DNA from: an uncultured virus (IMG/VR IMGVR_UViG_3300042343_001623)
Taxonomy: Duplodnaviria; Heunggongvirae; Uroviricota; Caudoviricetes
Direction: 5' to 3' (one strand)
DNA: 64,000 nt
Virus record (IMG/VR): IMGVR_UViG_3300042343_001623
Positions within the stretch are counted from its first letter, which is position 1; each line of letters opens with the position of its first letter. Of this stretch, positions 30,398 to 39,165 are shown piece after piece. The position numbers and the translations under genes were made by a program. The notes below the pieces were generated by a model. It ran no database searches, was not told the DNA's origin, and was given only the letters and a program-made list of their open reading frames with translations.

Positions 30398-30998
30398 TAA
30401 TTATATTATTTTTATAAAAATTTATAAATTCTTCTAAAGAGTAAATCCTTTTACCGTATTCATAAGATGAGTTTTGTTCGTTACTAAATAAAACTACATT
30501 CGGAATCCAGTTTTTATAATCGTTTATTAGTGAGGTGTTACAAGTTACCAACACATCGACATCTTTCAAAATACGATCAATAGTTTTATCATTGTAGAAT
30601 AATATCTCCTCAATTTCACATCCAAATTTAGACAGAAAAAATAAAGTGGAGGGTTTAGATCTACCGATTTCATCTGAAACAATAATTATTTGATTGTCAT
30701 CTCGTAGTTCTTTATAGATTTGGTTCAGAACTTGAAATGTATTCATTTCTGTTGATGGGGCATGACCAAAAATAGTCATTGGGTTTTCTATATAAATAAA
30801 TTCATACAGTTCATCGTCAGATTGAAACTTGAAATGATCTTTAATAATTTCAGTGTTGATGGGTCGTACTATTTCGTATTGGAATTGTTCTTCCTCTTCA
30901 CCAACCTCTAACTCATCTATCAAATATTTCTCATATGTAGATTCCAATTTTTTAATGGTGTCCCGAAGAACACCATTTACTTCGAAAGCGATCCTCAT
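30390..30998 (-). CDS. HAD/5'(3')-nucleotidase-like protein with degenerate active site
   Basis: MRIAFEVNGVLRD corresponds to HAD motif I (IxxDxDGVLxD) with D>E and D>N. Confidence 0.6.
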   Translation of the reverse strand: MRIAFEVNGVLRDTIKKLESTYEKYLIDELEVGEEEEQFQYEIVRPINTEIIKDHFKFQSDDELYEFIYIENPMTIFGHAPSTEMNTFQVLNQIYKELRDDNQIIIVSDEIGRSKPSTLFFLSKFGCEIEEILFYNDKTIDRILKDVDVLVTCNTSLINDYKNWIPNVVLFSNEQNSSYEYGKRIYSLEEFINFYKNNIINV

Positions 30999-31747
30999 TC
31001 TTCGTATTTATCTAATATTTTATTGATCAGGGGATTACGAATAATGTCTTTATTGTCAAAACTAAATACACCAATATCTTCAACATTTTGGAATTTGACC
31101 AAAGCGTCGTATAATCCCGAATGAGTTTTATCCTTGTATCTATCAGTCTGTTCTAAGTCGCCCGAGATAAAAAATTTACTATTGAATCCAATACGAGTAA
31201 GAAGAAGTTTCATTTGTTTTGGAGTGGCATTTTGACCTTCTTCAAATATTAGAATTGAGTTGTCAATATTCATACCCCTCATGTACGCCAAGGCAAAGAC
31301 CTCAATTACCTCTACTTCTTTCAATTTTTCTCTAGCTTCTTTACCAATGATCTTATTCATTAAGTAATAACTCGGAAAGATGTAGGGATCAAGTTTTTCT
31401 TCTACATTACCAGGTAATGATCCTAATTTTTCTTCAGCTTCAACGGCTGGTCTTACTATTATAATTTTCTCATAACCATTTTCAGGGTCACAAAGTAAAT
31501 CAATAGCCGCTCTCATAGCAACAAAAGATTTCCCAACACCAGCCGGACCTGAACAAATCGTGATCTGATTGTTACAAAGAATATCATAATAATCTTTTTG
31601 TGAATCAGTCAAAAACTTTTTTCTTGGTCTTTTAGTGACTATAGAATTTATTAATTCTTTCTTGTTTACATAAACCTCTCTTGGTTTAGTATCTTCTTTT
31701 TTTCTTTGTGTTCTTGTTTTTTTATACTCCTGTTGACCCGAATCCAT
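30995..31747 (-). CDS. phoH: PhoH-family ATPase
   Basis: GPAGVGKS, RPAVEAEEKLGSLPG, AYMRG, LLTRIG, GDLEQTD, IIRNPLI. Confidence 0.95.
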   Translation of the reverse strand: MDSGQQEYKKTRTQRKKEDTKPREVYVNKKELINSIVTKRPRKKFLTDSQKDYYDILCNNQITICSGPAGVGKSFVAMRAAIDLLCDPENGYEKIIIVRPAVEAEEKLGSLPGNVEEKLDPYIFPSYYLMNKIIGKEAREKLKEVEVIEVFALAYMRGMNIDNSILIFEEGQNATPKQMKLLLTRIGFNSKFFISGDLEQTDRYKDKTHSGLYDALVKFQNVEDIGVFSFDNKDIIRNPLINKILDKYEE

Positions 31748-32291
31748 TCGCGTTTCTATCTTTATCGTTTATTTCGTTGACTTTGGTAAGATTAACTGAA
31801 TCACCATTTAACACAGGTGCCATTACCGCTTGAGCAACTTTCATTCCTTTGTGTATTGTAATGTCCATCGTACTGTTATTCATTAATATAACCTTTATTT
31901 CACCATTGTAACCAGAATCGACAGTTCCTGGAGAATTTAAGACGGAAATACCTTTATTAAGGGCAAGACCACTTTTGGATCTTACTTGAATTTCATATCC
32001 ATAAGGAATATCGAAATATAGTCCTGTTGGGACAATAGACCATGATTTAGCCGATATGGTCACTTCAACATTTGATAGTAGATCAAAACCTGAATCACTT
32101 CCATAATTGTAAAAAGGGTCAGGGTTGTCTGATTTATTTACAAAAGACAAAGCGATTTTAGGTTTATAATCTTTTATCTGTTGTTCCAACAAAGACATGG
32201 TTTCTTGCATTTTTGACTGATCGGCTGACATATCCATCAATTCTTTTAGTGCCGACATTGTACTTGTAAAATTTTTAATCTCTTTAATCAT
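31722..32291 (-). CDS. dut: trimeric dUTPase
   Basis: SGFDL, RSKSGLA, GTVDSGYNGEIKV, KVAQ, RNANGFGSTG. Confidence 0.95.
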   Translation of the reverse strand: MIKEIKNFTSTMSALKELMDMSADQSKMQETMSLLEQQIKDYKPKIALSFVNKSDNPDPFYNYGSDSGFDLLSNVEVTISAKSWSIVPTGLYFDIPYGYEIQVRSKSGLALNKGISVLNSPGTVDSGYNGEIKVILMNNSTMDITIHKGMKVAQAVMAPVLNGDSVNLTKVNEINDKDRNANGFGSTGV

Positions 32292-32992
32292 TTTAAATCA
32301 AATATTTTTTTAATTATGTGAGCAAGTGCCACTGTATCTTTTTCACAATACTCACCAATCGTTTCAAGATTTTTGGTTTTGTAATAATATTCATTAAGAT
32401 TTTCACCTGTTACTTCACTGTCTTTGGGAGATTCAATTCCCATACTTACACACAAGAGATCCAAAGAACCAATTGAATAAGGATTATTATAATTCCACAA
32501 ATCTTTAGTATCAATTGCTTTTACTTCCCAAGGCTTTGTATTGTAAATTGGAAATATTTTTGGTGGTTTCATGTCGTTGATTACGAATCTTTTACCGAGT
32601 GTTGGGATATCAAAAAGTTTGATATTATGACCACACATGTAAAAATCCAATCTTTCAATACGATTAAAAAGATTTCTAATTTCAGTCAGAAGTTCAACCT
32701 CGTTGTGGTTAGTAAAGGTTGTTCTATGAAGTTCTTTTTTAGTATCATAAAAACAAAAAGAGGCCGCAACAACTCTTGAAAATTCAGGAACAAGGGCTGC
32801 ACGTTTGAAGTAGGTTTCTTCGGGTGAAATATCGCCATCTTCAGGGTACCTTCGTTTGAAGAAATCAATATAATCCAAAAAAACTTTATGTAACTTTGGT
32901 TTTTGTTTCTTTAACTCGGACAAAGTTTCAAATTCAGATACTGTTTCAATATCAAAAAACAGGATCTTGTCAAGTGGTTTATCTAATGTCAT
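32288..32992 (-). CDS. DEDD 3'-5' exonuclease (PolB-exonuclease-like)
   Basis: FFDIET, GHNIKLFDIP, YCEKD motifs. Confidence 0.85.
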   Translation of the reverse strand: MTLDKPLDKILFFDIETVSEFETLSELKKQKPKLHKVFLDYIDFFKRRYPEDGDISPEETYFKRAALVPEFSRVVAASFCFYDTKKELHRTTFTNHNEVELLTEIRNLFNRIERLDFYMCGHNIKLFDIPTLGKRFVINDMKPPKIFPIYNTKPWEVKAIDTKDLWNYNNPYSIGSLDLLCVSMGIESPKDSEVTGENLNEYYYKTKNLETIGEYCEKDTVALAHIIKKIFDLK

Positions 32993-34203
32993 AATGAATT
33001 ATAGAAATTTCTTCTGTTTTCGGAAAGTACTTTCAAATGATATTTTTCATTTACAGTTTCATAGAGTTGCTCACCCAAATCTTCAACCCAACTCGGATTT
33101 TCGATCAGTTTTTTCATGAACTTACTCCAATCTTTGTGGTTCTTGTATTCATCAACCAAGAGTCCATTTGCGCCTTTGACAAATTCACCGTTATTCAATC
33201 CGTGTTTAATGTCAATTGTATAAGGACCGATATTGGATGCGATAATTGCCTTCTTGTAGAACCCCGCTTCAATGACTTTGAGTTGTGACTTCATCCGATT
33301 GAACATCGTATTCTTAATCGGTGCAAGTGATACGTCAAATTTACTGTAGTTCTTGGCATATGAAGTGACAGGTGCGGTCCAAACCCTTGTATAGAAAGGA
33401 TCGGGTTCATCCATATAATCTTCCTGTTTCCATTTCATCAAAAATTCTTTTTGTTTTTCAGAAACATATTTGTAGTTTGATGTAAAAATCTTTTCATATT
33501 TAGCCCAAACAGTTTCTTCGGGAAGGATGGGTCTTTGTTTTTGTGTACCCGTTGCTTTATCAATCTCAGTCACTGTTCCACGAGTATCAAAACCACAAAT
33601 GTACAGACGATATTTGTCTTTCAAGTCAGAAATTTTATCAAATGTGCCATCCAAAATCATAAGGTCGTGTAAGTGAGATGACCCACCCAACCATCCAAAT
33701 CTGACTTTATCGGATGGGATTGTTTTCTCTTTGAATTGTGGTTCTTCTGGATCGATTCCGTTTGGAATGACGTGAACATTCTTGTTAATAGTTTTTCTAA
33801 TTTCATTAGCAAAAATATCAGTGGTGGTGGTCACCCACTCCGCTTCACGTAGATTATTAACAATTATTTTATCAAACTTTCTTTCAACAACCATTGCGTG
33901 AGCAGGGTGTTCCATACCCGGCATCCAATAATCGTCAATATCACAGACAGTTTTAATACCCATCTGTTTGAGTTGTCCGATTACTTCTCTTGATTTTTCA
34001 TAGTTTGTGTTAAGTGATCTATGAAATGATACAATATCATAATTTTTGAAGAAATTCAAATCGTCAATACTGATATCGTACATAATATCAATATGGAATT
34101 CGTCGGGATATTGCTGTTGTAGATAAGTGTGTGGTTGAACAGAACGAAACTTACCAACACCTGTTCTGTCGCTCGGTAATACTAAAATTCGTTTTTTTGA
34201 CAT
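32989..34203 (-). CDS. glycosyltransferase, GT-B/GT4-like
   Basis: DIDDYW, VIPNGID, GWLGGSSH..DL, DVSLAP..FNRMKSQLKVIEAG, IIASNIGPY. Confidence 0.85.
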   Translation of the reverse strand: MSKKRILVLPSDRTGVGKFRSVQPHTYLQQQYPDEFHIDIMYDISIDDLNFFKNYDIVSFHRSLNTNYEKSREVIGQLKQMGIKTVCDIDDYWMPGMEHPAHAMVVERKFDKIIVNNLREAEWVTTTTDIFANEIRKTINKNVHVIPNGIDPEEPQFKEKTIPSDKVRFGWLGGSSHLHDLMILDGTFDKISDLKDKYRLYICGFDTRGTVTEIDKATGTQKQRPILPEETVWAKYEKIFTSNYKYVSEKQKEFLMKWKQEDYMDEPDPFYTRVWTAPVTSYAKNYSKFDVSLAPIKNTMFNRMKSQLKVIEAGFYKKAIIASNIGPYTIDIKHGLNNGEFVKGANGLLVDEYKNHKDWSKFMKKLIENPSWVEDLGEQLYETVNEKYHLKVLSENRRNFYNSL

Positions 34204-34249
34204 ATTTTTTTATTGAAAGTATAATTAAAAACTCTCAATAAAAAAAGGG

Positions 34250-34804
34250 TTACTTAAGTTTTTTGATACTTGTAATCTTACCTTCAAAAATATGTTTACC
34301 TACCGAAAGCTTCATTGTTTCGTTAGTAACCTTGGATTCAGAGATCATTCCTTTTATATCACCAAATTCTTCTTTGATAACATCTCTAACTGTATCTCTC
34401 ACTAAATTTCTGATCATAGTCTTGAAACTTTCATCAATAATCGGACTTTGTGATGATTGTTTTTTGGGTTGAGTCCCTGATTGACTTTGAATTAATTTCG
34501 CAGCACCTTCAATAATTTCATCTGGTAATGTTGCACTGTATGAGTCAGGTTTTGCTATAGGATTTTCAATCATCAATCTTTTGATTTCATCAGGAAGATT
34601 CGAGCTCATAATTCTTTGTTCGTTGATCTCTGGCTCCGATACTTTGGGTTGCGCGGGAATGTTGTATATTGGTTCTTTATATTCTGACGGGATATTGATG
34701 TTTGGAGATTGTCTAACCTCACCACGACCCATATTGTCGTGTCTCTCCATTATTTTTTTGGAAACTGCCAATTTCTGCATCAGGGAATTCATATCGTTTG
34801 ACAT
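34250..34804 (-). CDS. hypothetical protein
   Basis: ORF of about 184 aa; likely start MSNDM at 34804. Confidence 0.65.
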   Translation of the reverse strand: MSNDMNSLMQKLAVSKKIMERHDNMGRGEVRQSPNINIPSEYKEPIYNIPAQPKVSEPEINEQRIMSSNLPDEIKRLMIENPIAKPDSYSATLPDEIIEGAAKLIQSQSGTQPKKQSSQSPIIDESFKTMIRNLVRDTVRDVIKEEFGDIKGMISESKVTNETMKLSVGKHIFEGKITSIKKLK

Positions 34805-34805
34805 C

Positions 34806-35192
34806 TTAATTAAATTTTGCATTTTTAAATACTCTCGTCATAGATTTGTCACCGTTTGGGTTATAACCTGGACGAGCCTCAGTAAATTTATCACCTGTTA
34901 GATTAAAAGAAAATGTTTTAGGTACAATAAATAAACGCCAACCTGGTAAGGGTTGTTTACCTATTGTAGATGTATGTGATGCACCCTCTCTTTCCCAAGC
35001 TCTCAACACCAAATTTCCTTTTTTTGATATTCCTAAACATACTGGTTCGAGTTCTCTCAATCCTTTACCTCCCGGTTCATCACCATCATAGTTTATGACA
35101 ATAATATTTTTATTGCGTATTGCGTCTATAAGGTCTTTTTGGGACGCGACCTCAAGAATAATTTGTTTTTTTAATATCTCTAATAACTTCAT
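34806..35192 (-). CDS. standalone WYL-domain-like protein
   Basis: AI.NK..I.INY.....R.LEP.CLG....LRAW......WRLF pattern. Confidence 0.7.
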   Translation of the reverse strand: MKLLEILKKQIILEVASQKDLIDAIRNKNIIVINYDGDEPGGKGLRELEPVCLGISKKGNLVLRAWEREGASHTSTIGKQPLPGWRLFIVPKTFSFNLTGDKFTEARPGYNPNGDKSMTRVFKNAKFN

Positions 35193-35485
35193 TATTCAGG
35201 AATAGTATAACCTTTGTCCTTGTTATACTTATTGATCTTGATGTTATTTGTTCTTTCAGCAGTATCTAATGAAGTACCGGCTTGAACATTATAAACATCC
35301 AAGTAAAATCCAGTTCCTCTTCCGATATCATCACCATCAGCAAGAGCGTCAGGGTGAACGGATGAATAACTCTGTGAACGAGGTGAGAAATCATTTCTTG
35401 GGAATAATATACCTCTTTGTTGTTCAGCGATTTTACTCAATTCATTTGCAGGTTGTGCAAAATCTAATCTATCATTTGCTTCCAT
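35192..35485 (-). CDS. hypothetical protein
   Basis: 97-aa ORF within the operon. Confidence 0.65.
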   Translation of the reverse strand: MEANDRLDFAQPANELSKIAEQQRGILFPRNDFSPRSQSYSSVHPDALADGDDIGRGTGFYLDVYNVQAGTSLDTAERTNNIKINKYNKDKGYTIPE

Positions 35486-35936
35486 AATTTATTAATTTTT
35501 TTATTCTGTTTATTTCCTCATTTATATTTTCAGGGGCAAGTTGTTTAAAGTGACTCTGATGTGTATTGTCAGATGCATTTGGAACTATAGGATTGAGATC
35601 TGTATCAGGTTTTGTATGTTTTTGAATAATGGATGACTTCTTATCTTTTTCTCTCATAGACTGAAGTATACCAGTAACCCAACTCCTCATTTTATCTCCT
35701 CCGAGAAGTTCAAACGACAATCCTTCTTTCGGGTTGGTTTTGAACCAATTTTGAATTCTCTCCAAGTTTTGGAATGTCAACATACCCTTCTTTACCAAGT
35801 CCAAATTTCTTTTCCACCCTTGAGTTTGAGATAATTCCTCTTTGGATTTTCCCGCACCGAGTTTTTGTTTCTCTTTTAGAAGACTTATAAGTTCTTGTGG
35901 AACCTTTATTTGTTTTCCGTAGAGTGAACTATTCAT
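35472..35936 (-). CDS. hypothetical protein
   Basis: 154 aa ending in INEEINRIKKLI. Confidence 0.65.
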   Translation of the reverse strand: MNSSLYGKQIKVPQELISLLKEKQKLGAGKSKEELSQTQGWKRNLDLVKKGMLTFQNLERIQNWFKTNPKEGLSFELLGGDKMRSWVTGILQSMREKDKKSSIIQKHTKPDTDLNPIVPNASDNTHQSHFKQLAPENINEEINRIKKLINYGSK

Positions 35937-36709
35937 AGGTTCTTTATTAATTTCAATAATTCAGACATTGTTAATCCTTCTTTGTCTGCCAATTTTTTGA
36001 TGGATTTTATATTTCTTTGTAAGATTTTTGATGTTTTTGGTTCTTTATCACTAACATCATTATCTTTTGATGATTTTCTAACCAAGATATCTTCCACCAT
36101 CTTAATCGCTTTTTGTCGTTGTTCTTCTTGAATTTCTCTTTCTTTTAGAACACTTCTTGATACGAAATTTGGATCGTCTTTGTATGGTGATTTTTCGTCC
36201 ATTTCTGATTTTTTTCCGAATTCTATGGTTCTATCTTCAGCATCGGCAACATCCATACCCAGTTCTTTTTCAAGGTACTTAATTGTATCTTCCGCGTCCA
36301 TAAATTTGGTTTCTTCATAACCAAATGCATCTTCAAAATTTACTTCTTTCAACGAAGGTGAAAAATAAGCTCCGAAAGCTCTGAAACCTCTTGATAGTGG
36401 ATCGTTAGTAATTCTTGCGTTTGGAATGGTTTGATCCATCGTTTTTCTTGGATGAAGTTTTGGGTTAAGTCCAAATGGTATTTTAGAACTGTTCATAGTT
36501 CCATCAAAATCAATTAATTCATCCAATTCTTTTTTGGGTTCCTTTGATTTTGAAACATATTGTTTTTTGGGTTCCTTTGATTTTGAAACATATTGTTTGT
36601 GACTTTTGCATGGCATAAAGACCTCACCGTGTTTGTGAGTTCCTTCACAACCGAGTTCTTCTGCCTTTTTTTCGGCCGTTGTTTCTAACTTATATCCCTT
36701 AAGTTTCAT
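35933..36709 (-). CDS. hypothetical protein
   Basis: 258 aa; N-terminal GCEGTHKH...MPCKSH putative metal-binding motif. Confidence 0.7.
   Translation of the reverse strand: MKLKGYKLETTAEKKAEELGCEGTHKHGEVFMPCKSHKQYVSKSKEPKKQYVSKSKEPKKELDELIDFDGTMNSSKIPFGLNPKLHPRKTMDQTIPNARITNDPLSRGFRAFGAYFSPSLKEVNFEDAFGYEETKFMDAEDTIKYLEKELGMDVADAEDRTIEFGKKSEMDEKSPYKDDPNFVSRSVLKEREIQEEQRQKAIKMVEDILVRKSSKDNDVSDKEPKTSKILQRNIKSIKKLADKEGLTMSELLKLIKNL
36530..36598 (-). repeat. 33-bp exact tandem duplication (KQYVSKSKEPK twice)
   Basis: 36530-36562 is identical to 36563-36595. Confidence 0.9.
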
Positions 36710-36723
36710 TAAGTTTTTTTATC

Positions 36724-36750
36724 TATAAATACAAGGTGAGATGTATTTAT
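36724..36750. promoter_or_regulatory. back-to-back TATTTAT motifs serving divergent operons
   Basis: TATAAATA 36724-36731 (TATTTATA on minus) and TATTTAT 36744-36750 (plus). Confidence 0.7.
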
Positions 36751-36766
36751 TTTAAAAAAAGAATCC

Positions 36767-39163
36767 GTGGGAATACAAAATATCCGAAATCATTCCAACA
36801 ACTCCATTAAATTGAGATTGGATACTTCTGAGTATTATGATTTTTATCTATCTAAAGATGAAATTGAATATGATCAGGAGACCGTATTTTCAACAAATTT
36901 GATCGGTTTTGATGACGGAAATGTATTACCTGTTAATATAAGATTGTGGGATCCGGATTGTTCACCTCAACTCGAATTATTTTACGATGATTTTGAAACT
37001 GATAATAATTTAGTATCGGATAAGTTCTATCCTTTTCCTGATTTAGTTGATGCATCTTGTTACTCGTTGAGTGGAATTTGTGATGTTGGATTAACAGGAA
37101 TTGACAATGGACTCACAGACAGAATGAGTGGTGAAACACTCTATTACACAAGAGGATTATTAGATTCAATTAACAAATTTGACAGATTAACATACGATAG
37201 ACATCTTAAATTAATTTCGGTCACATCAAATGTAAGATCACCCAACTCAAGATTTTCAGGTATAACGGCAAACACCCTATATAATATAGTTTCAAAACAA
37301 GAGGCGGGTATAGGATACTACCAAGAATTATATGGTGGTTTTTATCAAGGTTTTTACAAACTATACGAATATGATTGGCAAATATTACCCGAAAGATATG
37401 AACTCGGATGGTCTATGGAGACGGTAATAAAGCCAAGAATATATGATGAATTTGAACCCGGCGCAGGTGAGACCACTCTAAACGAAATCTATCCAAATAA
37501 CGCAGGGATTTTCTTCTATATGGGGACAAGAGCGGAAGATAAATTCTATCATTATGCCACAGGTCATCCTGAAAGTTACACAGCTTATACACGAGTAACC
37601 GAAGAATTAAGTTGTTTGAAAACTTGTTCTTGTACTTTGACGGCATTCACTTCAGATTGTTACAATGTTTACCCAATATCAGGTGACACCTATCAAGGAA
37701 CGGATTGTACCGTTTGTGGAAATGCATGTGAACACAAAGTGGTTGCCATACCACCCAAAGATCCAACGATAGATGTATTATCAAATTCATTTGCAATACG
37801 ATTATCGGGTGACCCAAAAAACCCAAAAATTAATATAAGGACAATTACCATCACGGGAGCATGTCAAACAACTGCGGATTGTGAAACACACGAATATTAT
37901 TTAACAGGATATACAATCAACAACATTTATTCCAATATTGGAATTTACGATTTCTGTTCGGGAAGTACCAACCAAACTGACTTTTTGAATACTGAAAAAT
38001 GGTTACAGGTTGATGTCGTATTCAAACGATATACTTTCTACGAGGGATGTGACTTATTCTATGAAGGTGGAATTGGGGAAATGAGTTCCTTAATTTACCC
38101 TGCAACTGAAAGAGGTGACACTTTAAGTTTAATTCAACCACCTTATACTCACGACCAAGAAAAAGAATACCCCGTCCAAAGAGTCGTTATGAATAGAGAT
38201 TTCATTGACTCAAAAGATAAAAGACTTGGATCTTTGAAAGTATATCTCAATGGTTATTTATTTATGATCGTAGAAAACTTTGAGGAAATTATTCCAAGAC
38301 CTTTGAATACCGAAAAAGAAAAACAAATCGGTGTAAGTTATTCAATGTCATGGGGTGGTGGTACTCAAGGATTAAGGGAGAATCTAACATTTAATAGTTG
38401 TACAGGAACCACTTACCAACAGGATCCTGAGTTATTTCCCGATACAGTTTTGTCAGGTACATCACTTTCACAATTAGAGACCGGTATTTTATTAGAAAAG
38501 TACTTTGGGGGAACTTTTGATGGTGCAATTTCAGAATTTAGATTCTATGCCGAACCATTGAATGGTGGACAAGTTCAACACAATAACAGAATTTTAAGAA
38601 ATACTTATGATCTCTTTGATTATTTCTGTTTGGATTGTGAAAATTTCGAACCTTTACCAACACCATCACCAACCCCAACACCTACAGTTACACCAACGGT
38701 CACCAAAACTCCAACAAATACGCCAACAGTAACACCAACACTTACACCTTCAATTACCCAAACAATAACACCTACTCAAACAATTACTCCCACACCCACA
38801 GAAACACCTACACCCACGGCAACAGTAACACCCACAGAAACACCTACACAAACCCCTACACCATCTATTACTCCGAGTATCACACCAACAATATCTTTAA
38901 CTCCAAGTCAAACAGTTACACCTGGACTTACTCCAACACAAACACCAAGTGTAACCCCCACTCAAACTCCAACACAGACACCAACAGTTACGACGACACC
39001 AACGGTGACAACTACTCCAACACCAACTCAAACTCCAACTCAGACTCAAACTCCAACCGTATCACCGACAACTACTATAACACCATCAATTACGCCTTCT
39101 ATTTCAGAAACACCTACCGCTTCGGGTATAAGAACTGTCTTTGTTAGATTTAATACGCTGTAA
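36767..39163 (+). CDS. LamG/ConA-like structural protein with C-terminal Thr/Pro repeat
   Basis: GTG start; LKVYLNG and FDGAISEFRFYAEPL are LamG-like; about 155-aa TP-rich tail; Cys clusters. Confidence 0.7.
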   Translation: MGIQNIRNHSNNSIKLRLDTSEYYDFYLSKDEIEYDQETVFSTNLIGFDDGNVLPVNIRLWDPDCSPQLELFYDDFETDNNLVSDKFYPFPDLVDASCYSLSGICDVGLTGIDNGLTDRMSGETLYYTRGLLDSINKFDRLTYDRHLKLISVTSNVRSPNSRFSGITANTLYNIVSKQEAGIGYYQELYGGFYQGFYKLYEYDWQILPERYELGWSMETVIKPRIYDEFEPGAGETTLNEIYPNNAGIFFYMGTRAEDKFYHYATGHPESYTAYTRVTEELSCLKTCSCTLTAFTSDCYNVYPISGDTYQGTDCTVCGNACEHKVVAIPPKDPTIDVLSNSFAIRLSGDPKNPKINIRTITITGACQTTADCETHEYYLTGYTINNIYSNIGIYDFCSGSTNQTDFLNTEKWLQVDVVFKRYTFYEGCDLFYEGGIGEMSSLIYPATERGDTLSLIQPPYTHDQEKEYPVQRVVMNRDFIDSKDKRLGSLKVYLNGYLFMIVENFEEIIPRPLNTEKEKQIGVSYSMSWGGGTQGLRENLTFNSCTGTTYQQDPELFPDTVLSGTSLSQLETGILLEKYFGGTFDGAISEFRFYAEPLNGGQVQHNNRILRNTYDLFDYFCLDCENFEPLPTPSPTPTPTVTPTVTKTPTNTPTVTPTLTPSITQTITPTQTITPTPTETPTPTATVTPTETPTQTPTPSITPSITPTISLTPSQTVTPGLTPTQTPSVTPTQTPTQTPTVTTTPTVTTTPTPTQTPTQTQTPTVSPTTTITPSITPSISETPTASGIRTVFVRFNTL

Positions 39164-39165
39164 AA

